NCBI RefSeq assembly: GCF_006345805.1
Contig: NC_043009.1
Coordinates: 64,666,001 to 64,730,000 of the forward strand
Length of the DNA stretch: 64,000 bases
Direction: 5' to 3'
Source of the DNA: Octopus sinensis
Taxonomy: Eukaryota
The position numbers and the translations under genes were made by a program. A model generated the notes under the pieces. That model was not told the origin of the DNA and did no database searches. It saw only the letters and a list, made by a program, of their open reading frames with translations. Below, piece after piece: positions 34,265 to 49,200 of this stretch. The first letter of the stretch is position 1, and each line of letters starts with the position of its first letter.

Positions 34265-37200
34265 ATGTATATATATGAGTTGATGCCAGTAGTGCCTGAC
34301 TGGCTCCCATCCCAGTGCCATGTAAAAGGCATCATTCAATCTTGACCAATGCCAGTGGCACATAAAAAGCACCACCCAAGCATGGTCGACGTTAGTGCCG
34401 CCTGACTGGCTCCTGTGCCAGTGACACGTAAAAAGCACCCACTACACTCTTGGAGTGGTTGGTGTTAGGAAGGGAAAAGCTGTAGAAACCTTGCCAGATC
34501 AGATTAGAGCATGGTGTAGCCTACTGGCTCACCAGTCCTCAGTCAAACCGTCCAACCCATGCCAGCAGGGAAAACGGATGTTAAACGATGATGATGATAA
34601 GTTTTCATCTTTAAAACCTTAAATACAAAACCTAAAGAAATATTGACCATCAGGGCACGTAAAAAGCACCATCCGATCGTGGCCGTTTGCCAGCCTCGTC
34701 TGGCACCTGTGCCACGTAAAGAGCACCCACAACACTCATGGAGAGGTTGGCGTTAGGAAGGGTATCCAGCTGTAGAAGCCTTGCCAGATCAGACTGGAGC
34801 CTGGTGCAGCCTCCTGGCTTCCCAGACCCCAGTTGAACCGTCCAACCCATGCTAGCATGGAAAGCGGATGCTAAACGAAGATGATGATGATGATGAATAT
34901 AACGATTCTGTCAGGAAAAGATGCAGCACCAGTAACATTCAGTAGCACTCCTAAAAAATTCACACACACACAGTACATACATACATGCTTAAGTGAGCAC
35001 GCATACATCCATCAATGCAGACCGGTTCTTTTTTGATCGAATGTATTTGTTGTTTAAAAAATGAGATTGGATCTGTCCAAGGTTAATCTTCATTACTCGC
35101 GCACACAGAAATATGTGTGTGTGTGTGTATCATCATCGTCATTTAACGTCCACCTTCCATGCTGGCATGGGTGGGAGATATATATATATATATTCTTTAA
35201 TTCTTTTATTTGTTTCAGTCATTTGACTGTGGCCATGCTGAAGCATCACCTTTAGTCGAACAAACTGACCCCAGGACTTATTCTTTGTAAGCCTAGTACT
35301 TATTCTATCAGTGTCTTTTGCCGAACCACTAAGTCACAAAGATATAAACACATTATCAGTTGCCAAGTGATGTTGGGGGGGACAAACAGAGACACACACA
35401 CACATATACAACGGGCTTCTTTCAGTTTCCGTCTGCTAAATCCACTCACAAGGCTTTTGTCGGCTCAAGGCTATAGTAGAAGACAGTTGCCCAAGGTGCC
35501 TTGAAGTGGGACTGACCTGGAATCATGATTGGTAAGCAAGCTACTTACCGTACAGCCACTCTTGCACCTATATATATATATATATACCTTTGAAATGTTT
35601 TGAGGAAGGTTTACATAATGGATGCATTTCCTAATATGACATAATGAAATTACTGTGTATAGTGCTCAGGTGCACTACAACTCATCAAAGGTGAATGTAC
35701 AGTACATAGAATTATGCACAAAAGTCAGGAAAGTGAACAGTGTATGAGTCATGATATACGTGTGTGCATGCATATGGAGCGGGGGGATATCAGGTGTAGC
35801 ATTGGCGAATTTCAGGAAACAGGGAGGTTTTAAAGGATTACTTTTTTTTTACAGACTCCGATGACTCTGAAGTAGAAACTGTGAACCACACTGACAATGT
35901 TGTAAGTATCTTTTCAATTATTTCATTCAAATTCTTCCCATGAGACCTTTGGTGATTTGCCACGCTTGAGAAGACCTCTCAAGTTGAGCGAAATCTTAGT
36001 CATGGCCAATGCCAGTGTTGCATAACTGGAACGTTGGGCAATATGCTATGCTTGAGAAGACCCCGCCAAGCCAAGTGAAATGCATTCTGCCTGGTGTGCT
36101 AACGGTTCTGCTAGTTCACCACTGCCTTAATCCCAAATTATGTTAATAAAATTTACTTACATCTTCATTTTTTATATTGTCATTTTCTAGATCATCCTCA
36201 TTTTCTTCATCATCTTCATTTTCTGGAAAACAAGATCAAAAGTAGAAATAATACATTTCTAAATCTCTCAGAGAGATTTATACAGTAGTAACATGATAAA
36301 GTGGTGGCATGTTATCAACTTAATGTGACGGTCCCATGAAAGGGAAGAATACTACTGCTATTTAGCCCTAGGAAGCAGCACCACTTCCTGTCAGCCTTGA
36401 CACATTTCCTGTGTCCTATTTTCGAAATCAGTGAATGTATTACACTTGAATTATTATATGTTAACGGAGGCAGATAGACATCAATAGTGAGCAAGCCTTG
36501 CTACTCCAGACTGATGACAAGCAATGACTCAGAAACTAGTCTCTGGATGCTGGCTTTGCTGGGTGGAGATGCTTATCTCCCCATTTGTAAACATAAGGAC
36601 CTGCCTACCTCAGTTGCTATGGCATTGAGGCAGATTGGGCCACCCCCATTAGCAAGGACAAAACCCGATTTAAAACACTTGATGATGATATATATACTGG
36701 TTAGGGATATGAAATCTGGCAGAAACGCTAACAGGCCAGGCAAAACGCTCAGCAGAATTTCGTCTGCCGTTACGTTCTGAGTTCAAATTCCACCGAGGTT
36801 GACTTTGTCTTTCATCCTTTCGGGGTTGATTAAATAAGTGCCAGTTATGCACTGGAGTCGATATAATTGACTTAATCCGTTTGTCTGTCCTTGTTTGTCC
36901 TCTTTGTGTTTAGCCCTTTGTGGGTAGTAAAGAAATAGGTACCTTAGGAGCACACTAGTATAATCCTGGATCTGGCTAACCACAGTGAATGATGTGGAAC
37001 AACAGGAAATTGTTAAAGGTAAACAATCACACAGTATTTCACCTGATGTGTAAATCCTGATTTCACCTCTTTCAATTATACACCATCATCATCGTTTAAT
37101 GTTCGTTTTCCATGCTAGCATGGGTTGGACGGTTCGACCGGGGTCTGGGAAGCCAGGAGGCTGCACCAGGCTCCAGTCAGATCTGGCAGAGTTTCTACAG

Positions 37201-40200
37201 CTGGATGCCCTTCCTAACGCCAACCACTCCATGAGTATAGTGGATGCTTTTTACGTGTCACCGGCACAGGTGCCAAGGGAAGCTGGCAACGGTCACGATC
37301 AGTTGGTGTTTTTTACGTGCCAAGGGAGGCTGGCAATGGCCACGATCGGTTGGTGCTTTTTACTTGCCACCAGCACGGAAGCCAGTCAAGGCAGCGCTGG
37401 CATCGACCACGTACAGGTGATGCTTTTTACGTGCCACCAGCACAGGTATCACAACTACAATTTCCATTTGATTTTATTTTGATGTACTTGACTCAATAGA
37501 TCTCCTCAAGCACAGTATATTCAATGGGCTTCTTTCAGTTTCCATCCACCAAATCCACTCACAAAACTTTGGTTGGCTTGGGGCAATAGTAGAAGACACA
37601 GAAGACACTCTGGGTGCCCTGCTGTGAGACTGAATCCAAGACAACATAGTTGGGAAGCAAGCTTCTTAACCACCCACAGATCCACGACTGGGGGTGGGAG
37701 ATGTTCGCTAAGGAGGAGGAAGTCACCAACAGAAGAAAAGTTGCTGAATTCATTCATGTAGTCATTGAGAAAGAAAGAAAAAATGAAAGAAACAATTTGG
37801 GAGAAAGAAAGAAAGTGAATGAGGGAGAGAGAAATGAGTGAAAATGAATGAGCAGAAGATACAAAACCTTGACATTCCTTTGAACTTGAAAGACTCGTGT
37901 TGCCTCCATTTTTGACGGTTGTCTCTGGTTCTTCAGCTGATGGATCACAGACATTTGTGGAGAGAGATTCCTTTGTTGGGGACGAAGCAGCCTTTTGGAC
38001 AAAAGATTCCTCATCTTCAGGAAAAGATTTCATACCTCGCTTACTGATGATTCTGACATTGCTGTTAGAATTAGAGACTGCTGAAGACACTTCAGGTGTC
38101 TTTGTAGTGGTCACCTCCTTCTCTGAGACTATCACTTCTTGATGGTCACCGTCTTCAGAGTCAGCAGCACTAGTGTCGGCTAATGACTTCATTCCACGTT
38201 TACTGATGACTCTTTGCACATATGAAACCCTTCAAAACAAAACGAAAGCATTATTAATGAACTGTTTTCTGTATTTATTTTATTTATAGAAACAGAATTC
38301 AAAGAAAAAGAAGCAACTTTCAAAGTCAAAATCCTGATTTCAAAGAAATACATCTTTGAGATTTTTTAAGACATCCTTTTGTCTTTGAAAATTGGACCCA
38401 AAGGATAGGCATCATCATCATCATTTAACATCCGTTTTCTGGGCTAGCACGGGTTGGAGGGTTCGACCGGGGATCTAGGAAGCCAGGAGGCTGCACCAGG
38501 CTCCAGTCTGATCTGGCAGTGTTTCTACAGCTGGATGCCCTTCCTAATGCCAACCATTCCCTGAGTGCAGTGGGTGCTTTTTACGTGCCACCAGCACAGA
38601 TGCCAGGGGAGGCTGGCAGCAGCTACGATTGGTTGGTGCTTTTTATGTGCCACCAGCATATGTATCACAACTACAATTTCCAATGATATTTATTTTGATG
38701 TACTTGACTCAATAGGTCTCCTCAAGCACAGCAGGTCATGAGCCACCGGCACAGAAGCAAGTCAAGGCGGCCGGCGCTGGCATCCAATTTACAAAAAAGT
38801 ACTTCATCATCAACATTTAACATCCACTTTTCCATACAAGCATGGAAAAGTGGAGGTTGTTGGGGAAGATTTTCTCAGCCAAATGTTCAAAACATTTGGA
38901 CTAACAATGTTTGCAGCTGAAGAGAGCTTTAAACCATCTTTTATATCAGTAATACACTGATGTAAGAACGGATTGTTTATAAAGCTTGAAACACGTGTAC
39001 CACGATATCCTTTGTATTCTGTTTTTAATTTTATTTGATATATATCATCATCATCGTTTAGCGTCCGTTTTCCATGCTAGCATGATTCTGCCTATATGTC
39101 TGTGCACACCTTTGAATGCAATATATGCAAATCAAAAGACATTTTAAGATGCACAGAGATCCGAACTTATCTGCAGCTCTCGGTGGTCCAAATCGGATAT
39201 GCACTCAATGTAGGTGTCTTTTCAGAACATTGCCTGATTTAAAAAGCCATATCAGATGCCATGATGGTTCTAAGGTGTAGGTACAGAAGGTGGTCAAACT
39301 CTGCATAAGGGGTAGACAACCACCGTGATTGAGTACTAGCCCCTAAAGCATTTTTTTATTCTCTCTGTATTTTCTGTGTTCCTTTCTGCTGAAGAGCATA
39401 GACTCAAAAAGTAAAAGACTTTCTCACCTTCCTGAGCATTAAACTAATACACCTGTTTGTTATTTATATATCTGTCTTTGTCATTGTTTTTTTTGTAAAT
39501 TCCGTGACATCCACCTTGCGAACGACACACTGGTCTCACGCCATTTCCGCTCCACCGGTCACTCCTTGCAACACCTATCTGTGTTCGGTTTGTCCTTACA
39601 CAGAGGCCATCCGGATTCCCGTTTGCGCCGTGAACAGGAATTAATCTTCTCTCTTCGCTCTTATACGCCATTTGGTCTCAACTCTCCCCCCCCCCTCTCC
39701 CCCCTCCTCACCTATCCTTTCTCCCCCCGACCCCTACTTCTTCAGTCCTTCATCCTTTCACCCCTACTCCCCTTCCTTCTTCCCTTTCTCCCTCCCTCTT
39801 CCCCTTCCCTCTGCTCCCTCACTCCCTCTCTCCCCTTCTCTCTCTCCCCCTCTCCTCTTTCCTCCTTCATCCCCCTCCTCACCTTCCTTCTCCCCCATCG
39901 TCTCCTCTTCCCCTTTCTCCCCCTCCCCCTCTTCTCCTCACTACACCACATGACTTTACACATCACATCACATATGATGTGCCATACTAATACACACACA
40001 ACTAATACATACTAATACGTACTAATACATACTAGTACATACTAATACTTACACCAACCCTATACATACACACGTCCAGACCCCGCATACGCACTTATAC
40101 TCTCTCCACACACACACACACACACCTATACATACCAATACGTACTAATACATACTAATACATACTAATACATACACCAACCCCATACATACGCACGTCC

Positions 40201-43200
40201 AGACCAATCTTACGCACTAATACTCTCTCATACACACACACACACACACACCTTATACATGCTAATACATACACCAACCCTATACATACACACATCCAGA
40301 CCCCTCCCACGCACTTTTAGCTGGTCCCTCAACCCTTATCAACCCTATTATCTCCCCTTATTTCGCTCTCGCGTCTCATGTTTGATCTTGACCTCTGGCC
40401 GAAATCAGATCGCCATGTTGATTCGTTAGCTACTGCACGCATTTTTTTTCTCTCCTTCTTTCTGTGTTTTTCTCTCTCTGCGTATCTTTCTGTTGAAGAG
40501 CGTAGGCTCGAAACGTTAAAGACTTGTTTTATTTATATTTCCTGAGCGCCATACTAATACAATTGTTCGTTTGTTTTCCACCTGCCTTCGTCTTTTGTTT
40601 ATTTTCATAAAGCTTCCCGTTATATATATATATATATATATATACAAAATGGGACAAGAACACAAAACAACCAGACAATTAGGTGATACAAGAAAGGGAC
40701 AGCAAAGCATCCAGATAGACGATACAAAGAAAACAAGGATGGGTCATTCGGAGTTTTCTTTCCTCAGTCGAGTTCCAGATTATCTTTGCAATTTCGGCTG
40801 GTTGTACTTGAGATTGCTCTAATCTGGCCAGCCCCAAGGAAAAACTAAGCTAAGAACACTAGATTCCTTGGAAGCAACGAATGTCTATGGAAACAAGGAC
40901 AGAATAAAACGGAGAAATGGTACACAAATACAAATAACAGGACATAACAACAGGTGTCTTTCAACTAAGGACAAATTAAATTAAGCTGGCGTGCGTGTGT
41001 GGAAGTAAAGCCTTACGGCAGGGACAGGGAGGAATATAGATGTTGCACGGATGGTAGTCGAACCAAATTAGTGTGTACTTTATGTGCATATGTATGTGTG
41101 TGTGTATGCATACACATACAATATATTCTCTTTTATCCAAGAACTTAAAAATAAGAAGAAACACTTACTCTTCAGAAGCGTTTGAACAAGAATCTGTCAT
41201 TGACTCAACAGGAAATGATAATCTGCAAATAAAAGGCTCTCGTTTAATAACCAAACAGAAAAATACACCTCAAAATACACCCCACATCCTCCAGTCCTAT
41301 AGAAATATATCTCTCAAAACACAGAACATTCTGACACATTATAAAGTGGGATGAGTTTTTTTTCTTTTTTGTTTTAATAAACCTTCTCAATTACACAATG
41401 CCTGTACGACATTTTACAACTCTCCCTCGCCATCCCCCACTCCATATCAACATCCTCTTCTTCATTTTAAGGCTTTGTCTTTCATCCTCACCATCATCGT
41501 TAACGTCCGCTTTCCATGCTAGCATGGGTTGGACAGTTTTGACTGAGGGCTGGCGAACCAGATGGCTGCACCAGGCTCCAATCTTGATCTGGCAGAGTTT
41601 ATACAGCTGGATGCCCTTCCTAATGCCAACCACTCCGAGAGTGTAGTGGGAGCTTTTTACGTGCCACTGGCATGGGGCCCAGTCAGGTGGTACTGGCAAC
41701 GACCTCACTCAAATCTTTTTACACATGCCACTGGCACAGGTGCCAGTAAGGTGATGCTGGTAACGATCACGCTCGAATGGTGCCCTTTACGTGCCACCGA
41801 CACGGAAGCCAGTTAGCCGCTCTGGCAACGATCATGCTCAGATGGTGCAGTAAGGCGACGCTGGTAACGATTACACTCAAATGATGCCTTTTATGTGCCA
41901 ATTTTCTATAACATAATATATATCATATAATTTTTGAATAGCTCGACCCCCAACTCAACCCCTAAAATACTCTTCTTGCTATAGTCTTTAATAAACAACC
42001 CAGAAATTAGGACAAAACATTGAGGTAAATCACCAACATTTAACATCCTTTCCCCATGCTGATCTGGTTTGGATTGTTTAACAGGAACCAACAAGCCAGA
42101 TGACTGTGCCTAGCTCCCTACTTTGGTCTGGTCTCTATGGCTGGGTGCCCTTCATAAGACTAATCACTTTACAAAGTGTACTGAGTGCTTTTTTCATGAC
42201 ACAAGCACGAGTGATGTTTCGCAAATACCTAAAAGACAAGATCCCTTCAACCGAATGGGAAATGGTATCGAAGGAAATGAAATTATGATAGAGGGACAGA
42301 AACAGGCCTTACTCAATATCATTTGTTTCTAACATAAGCACATGCCCTGAAATTTCATGGAGGGATTTTATGATAATAGAATTTATTTTTAAGCTTACCT
42401 TTTCCTGGAAGGGAAATTTGAGAGAGAAAGAGGGGACACACTACTCTTGGCATCATCATCTGCTGCCGGTTTTACAGCCACTATTTTCTGAAATAAACAA
42501 AAATAATATTAATATCTAAATAAATAATTCACATAATAATCCTCAACATAATAGATATTCTTTTCTACTGTAGGCACAAGGCCCAAAATTTTGGGGGAGG
42601 GACAAGTCAATTAGATCGACCCCAGTAGGCAACCGGTACTTAATTTATTGACCCTGAAAGGATGAAAGGTAATGTCGACCTTGGTGGAATTTGAACACAG
42701 AACATAGAGATAGATGAAATACCTATTTCTTTACTACCCACAAGGGGCTAAACATAGAGGGGACAAACAAGGACAGACACACGGATTAAGTCGATTATAT
42801 CAACTCCAGTGTGTAACTAGTACTTATTTAATCGACCCCGAAAGGATGAAAGGCAAAGTCGACCTTGGCTATGCATTTCGCCCACGTGCTAACGTTTCTG
42901 TCAGCTCGCCACCTTATCAACATAATAGATATTAATATAATAATCCTGTTGCAATTTTTTGCTTTTTTATGACTTGACCATAGGAAGAAAAGAGAACATC
43001 TGTGACCCCTTCTAACCTGATGAGAGAAAAAGAAGAAATTATGCTCAGAGGAAATTCTGTTAAAAGTACTCAAGGATCAAGTGGTGATGGGCAACAGATT
43101 AAATTAATCAGAAAAGAGCAGGTCCTGCCTGTACAATGGACTTCCACAGTTTGCCTGCCACTCACATGTGGCAATCATGTAGCAAGGGTTCTAAGTGATT

Positions 43201-46200
43201 GCAGTGGAAGGTTGGCAAAGAAAATTCTGGTACCTCCACCAAAACTACTAAAAGCCATGATGAATCGTTTTCTCCCACAAGCCTTTAGTCCGTCTGGAGC
43301 CATAGTAGAGGGTATTTACCCGAGGCTCCACATAGTGGGGACTGAACCCAAGACCATATGGTTGGGAAGCAAGCTTCTTCACCACACTGCAACATGGGAA
43401 AATATCATCATCATCATTTAATGTCCATTTTTCATGCTGGCATGGGTTGAACATTATCATCATCATCGTTTAACGTCCGTTTTCTGCGCTAGCATGGGTT
43501 GGACGGTTCGACCGGGGTCTGGGAAGCCAGGGGCTGCACCAGGCTCCAGGCTTATCTGGCAGAGTTTCTACAGCTGGATGCCCTTCCTAACGCCAACCAC
43601 TCCGTGAGTGTAGTGGGTGCTTTTTACGTGCCACCTGCACAGGTGTCAGGGGGGTCCGGCATCGGCCACGATCGGTTGGAGCTTTTAACGTGGCACCGGC
43701 ACGGAAGCCAGCCAAGGCGGCACTGGCAACGGCCACTGAAAACTAGTAAGCTGGGAGCTGCACCAGGTCCCAATCTGATTTGGCCTGGTTTCTATGGCTG
43801 GATGCCCTTCTTAATGCCAACCACTCCAAGAGTGTAGTAAGTGCTTTCTACGTGTCACTGGCACGGGTGCCAGTTACGCAACACTGGCATTGGCTATGAT
43901 TTCACTCAGCTTGAGAGGTCTTCCCAAGCGTGGCACATCACCAAAGGTTTCATGGGAAGAATTTGAATGGAAAAATTGAAAAGATACTTACAACATTGTC
44001 AGCGTGGTTCACAATTTCTACATCAGAGTCATCGGAGTCTGTAAAAAAGTAACAAAATAACTTATAAATCATTTAACCTTTACGTGGTTATGTTCTTAAT
44101 GAAGCAGACTACCTGTGTTAGGAAAAGCTGTGGTAAGAAACTCGCTTCACAGCCACATCGTTTCAGGTTCAGTCCTACTGCAGGGCACTTTGGGCAAGTG
44201 TTTTCTACTATAACCCTGGGTCGACCAAAGCCTTGTTAGTGGATTTGGTGAAAAAAAAAACTGAAAGAAACCCCTCATATGTGTGTGTGTGTGTGTTTGC
44301 CCTCACCTGCTGCTTGACAGCCAGTGTTGGTGTGTTTACATCCCTGTAACTAAGTGGTTCAGCAAAAGAGATGGATACAATAAGTATCAAAAATAAATAA
44401 CTACTGGGGTCGATTCACTCGACTAAAGATTCTTCAAGGCAGTACTCCAGCATGGCCACATTCTAATGACTGAAACAAGTTAAAGATACTACAATCAAAA
44501 CCTTGTAGGTTTTTGTAAAATATCTGAAACTTAATAGATTAGGTTTTGTTGTTAAGCATTAAGGTTTGATAGAGCAGACCTATGGCCGAAAGCAGTCCAA
44601 TCATGACCATCAAGAGGTATGCAGGATTATCTGCTTTGTCTTTTCTTTTACAAAAACAGCAGTTATTGGTGAGGGAAGGGGAGTGTCAGCTAAGGCATTG
44701 TTTAGCCCCCACCCCACCCTAGTGAACCCTAATCCAACAGATCATTGAACAATAATAATTTTTCAGCCATGACGACATGACAATCTCGTCATAGTGTATC
44801 TAGAACAACATCATCTAAGGTGTGCTTACTCTTTACTCTTTTACTTGTTTCAGTCATATGACTGCGGCCATGCTGGAGCACCGCCTTTAATCGAGTAACT
44901 TGACCCCGAGACTTATTCTTTTGTAAGCCCAGTACTTATTCTATCGGTCTCTTTTACCGAACCACTAAGTGACGGGGACGTAAACACACCAGCATCGGTT
45001 GTCAAGCAATGCTAGGGGGACAAACACAGACACACAAACACAGACACATATATATATATATACATATATACGACAGGCTTCTTTCAGTTTCCGTCTACCA
45101 AATCCACTCACAAGGCATTGGTCGGCCCGGGGCTATAGCAGAAGACACTTGCCCAAGATGCCACGCAGTGGGACTGAACCCGGAACCATGTGGTTGGTAA
45201 GCAAGCTACTTACCACACAGCCACTCCTGCACCTATGAGTTTTTGCTTGCTGAGTTTTTTCTCTTTTAAAACAATTAGATGTGGTTTGAAAGAGATTTGG
45301 CTGCTATTTCTAGCAGATTGCATGATCATTTAGAAGATCTTTCTGTGGAGGAGGAAATAATTAAAAGAATTTAATTGGATGTGTTTCTCGTTACCAGTTT
45401 CTGTAAAATAGTCATCGAAATTTTCAAATCCGTCTTCATCAATTCGAATACGTTTCCCTTCCAAAATACCCTTTCCTAGGTTTCTGAAAACAACAAAAAT
45501 TAATTAATTTTAACAACACTCAATTAGCAATAATTACAAATATAGTTAATTGTTAATTAATTTTTATGATATAAACATTTTAGTTCCATTTTTTCTTTTT
45601 CCTCTCTGATATCCATTCCACCTGCGCAAGCATGAAGAAATAATAATAATAATAATCCTTTCTACTATAGGCCCAAGGCCTGAAATTTTGGGGGGAGGGG
45701 ACTAGTTAATTACATCACCCCTCCCCCCAGTGTTTCACTGGTACTTAATTTATTGAGTCCAAAAGGATGAGAGGCAAAGTTGACCACAGCTGTATTTGAA
45801 CTTAGAACATAGCAACAGGCAAAGTACTGCTAAGCATTTCATCCGGCATGCTAACAATTCTGCCAGCTTGCCGCCATAATCATCATCATCATCATCGGTA
45901 CTGGCTACGGCCACGTTCGGATAGTTTTCTTGTGTGCCACCAGCACTGGTACCACAAAGATACAAATTCCATTGATGTTCATCTATTTTGATTTGTTTTG
46001 ATTTTCACTTGCCTCAACAGGTCTTCACAAGTGTCACAAGAAGGAAGGTATGCACAGGTGGACTGACTACGTCCCAGGTAGGGGCCACGGGTTATGGCCT
46101 GACTAGTCTTGCCGGGTCTTCGGATGGTGTTTTTATGTGCCACCGACACAGGTGCCAGATGAGGCTGGCGAACAGCCACGATCGGATGGTGTTTGTTATG

Positions 46201-49200
46201 TGCCCACAGCACGGAGGCCAGTCGATGCGGTACTGGCTACGGCCACGCTCGGATAGTTTTCTTGTGTGCCACCAGCACTGGTACCACAAAGATACAAATT
46301 CCATTGATGTTCATCTATTTTGATTTTTGTTTTGTTTTGATAATAATAATAATAAAGTGGAAAATGAAGAAGATAAAGATAGTGCCAATTATTGTTGGGT
46401 CCTTGGGGAGAATATCAGAAGGCATCAAGGGGAATATAAGGGAAATTTTGAAGGAATGCTTTAATTTGATCACTTTAAACCTTAAAGTGATCGAAATTAA
46501 ATTAGCATTTAAACCAGTCATATTAGGTGAAAATATTCTGCTTTATCTTCTAACCAACCAGCTCCGGCTTCTCACACCTATCCTACAATGCCATCATAAA
46601 AATAATCACATCATCGAAATCTCAAAGACACAAGATAAAGCATGATTAATTCAAAACAAAAGCACCATCCAAAAGTGGCCGGTGGCACGTAAAAAGCACC
46701 TACTACATTCTCAGAGTGGTTGGCGTTAGGAAGGGCATCCAGCTGTAGAAACTCTGCTGGATCAGATTGGAGCCAGGTGCTGCCTCCTGGCTTGCCGGTC
46801 CTCAGTCAAACCATCCAACCCATGCCAGCATGGAAAGTGGACGTTAAACAATGATGATGATGAGAGTTCCAGTTGATCTGATCAACAGAACAGCCTCCTT
46901 GTGAAATTACATGCTAGTGGCATGTAAAAGCACCCATTACACTCTCAGAGTGGTCGGCATTAGGAAGGGCATCCAGCTGTAGAAAACCATGTCAAATCAG
47001 ACTGGAGTCAGGTTCTGCCTTCCAGCATGCCAGCCCAGTCAAACTGTCTAATCCATGCCAGCATGGGCAATGGACATTAAATGATGATGATGATGATAAA
47101 GCAGTGGTTCAAAACCAGGATCAAATAAGGCCCATGGATAGCCAGATAGGATTTTGTTTCTTAAAATTTATCTCCAATAAATTGCTTAAACTTCCACAAT
47201 ACACAAAATATTTTCACAATTTTTTTTAATACTGTTCCCAATAATATTTAATTATAAAAATTATGATTTTCTAAAATACCAAATGGCTGAGAGAGTCCAT
47301 CAAGGTAAAATAGAAATCAAAGAGATCCATAGGTAAAAAAAAAAAAATGGGTGGGGGTGGGGTGAGAATCACTGCCATGAAGCATTCTAGATGTGAATGG
47401 AAAGAAGATATTTTTCTTGGATTCATGGTTTTAATCTTTTTATTAAGAAGATTTGCAGGTACACGTTTAATTTCATGAAGAGAATCATTTGAGAGGAATT
47501 TGATGGAATAGAAAACCCATAACTTCTCCTACAGTTTGCAGGTACCATTGTTCTACATATGGAGAACAAACATGATAGAGGAAATAGTACTGAAGCCTAT
47601 CATCCAACCACAAAAGACATGAGACATACAATGAAAATTGATGCTTTTCTCTGTTGTTGCATGTTCTCAGGTGATAAAGGTGAGATGCTGTGAGAACCAT
47701 CCAACTAAAGCAAGCATCAGTAAAAAAAAACAGATGTAAAATATGAACTTTGAGGGTAAATCTCATTATATTAAAAGGTGACATTTAGCCATTCGATGAG
47801 TACTGGGATCAATATGGTTGAGCCAAGTTCCAGTAGAAAAATCTTTGAAGGCAGTGCTACAGCATGGTCACAGCCCAGTGACTGGAACCAGTGAAAAGAA
47901 TACAGAAATATAAAAACCATTATCAAATTATGGTGAAACCCAAGAAGCATAATTTAAGCAGACAAATACTTACGTTCTAATTTGAGCAGTGGAAAGTGCC
48001 ATGATCCATTTCTGAAAAAGATTAACAGGAGATTAACTTAATTTTTTTTTTCTAATTTTATTTTATAGATCAATTAGAAAGAGGTGAAGTACCTATGACC
48101 CTTATTTTCCAAGGCCTCCGAGATTAACCCTTTAACATTCAGATTACTCTGTCAAACATCAGCAATAATTTGTATTGCTTTGAATCAATCACGCATTAAC
48201 TTGTAGCTTCAAGATTTCAATGTGATTGTTTATTTTTAGAATGACATTATAGGGTAGGCATGAGAGGCCTGACCTGACCAGTTTGATCATATAATGAGTA
48301 GAATATTTTGGCCGGATGTGCAGACAAAAAAAAACAGTAACAACAAATCAACCTTTTATAAAAGGTGGTCAACTATGATTCTCTGGCTCCTGCAACGGCC
48401 CTTCATACTGGACAAGTTAAAGGATAAAGGCCAACTAATATGAACCGCCTGTTCCCAGAGGTAAAAATGAGAGTGCTTAGTGACAGCAGCCCTACCTAGA
48501 AAAACGAAAGTTATGAAGCTTCAATGACATTTCAAAGCCAACAAGACACGAGAGAAGAAAGAACTTCTTTCAGAGAAACATGATGTGGTACAGCAAAATC
48601 TGGGAGGAAGGCCAGTTCCTGAAGCACAAGTGGAGATGGATAGGCCAGACACCCACACCTTAAGGAAAACAGCATCCTAAATAAGACATCAGGCTCTGGT
48701 CTGAAACTGACAAGGGAGGCAGAAGAGAGGCCACTCTAAAAATTACTGGAGGCAGGATACTGATGCAAAGCTGAAGAACCAGAGATCTAACCAGAATGAA
48801 GACAGACAGACAAGGGTCAAGAACAGTGGAGAAAAGTTATCAATCATCTATTCTCGAAAGGGAGCAAAAGGCTTCAGTATATAAGCTATGGCCATCCAAC
48901 AGTTAGTTCTGGAGGTTACAGTTGTTGTTTAGCTGTTGATCGAGCTTTTAATGAGCGGAATTATAATTAAAGGCATTCCTGCTATAACCATCCAGTAACT
49001 GCTGTTAAGATTATAAATGTTGTTTGGCTGCCATGCTTCTATTGATCAAAAGTCTTCCGGCAATGACCATCCATCCAGTTTAGGAACATTCGTTTGTTCT
49101 TTTATTTGTTTCACTCACTGGAGTACAGCCACGCTGAGGGAACGCTTTGAGGAAGGTAGTTAATCAAATTGACACCAGTAAGTCTAATGTTTAATCATTC

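Noticed and set aside
37521-37867. Hydrophobic C-terminal half of the 232-aa ORF
   Set aside because: Read-through into intron and SINE after the exon 7 donor; exon 8 phase supports splicing at 37868
45888-46327. About 100-bp direct repeat
   Set aside because: Internal subunit repetition of SINE family C
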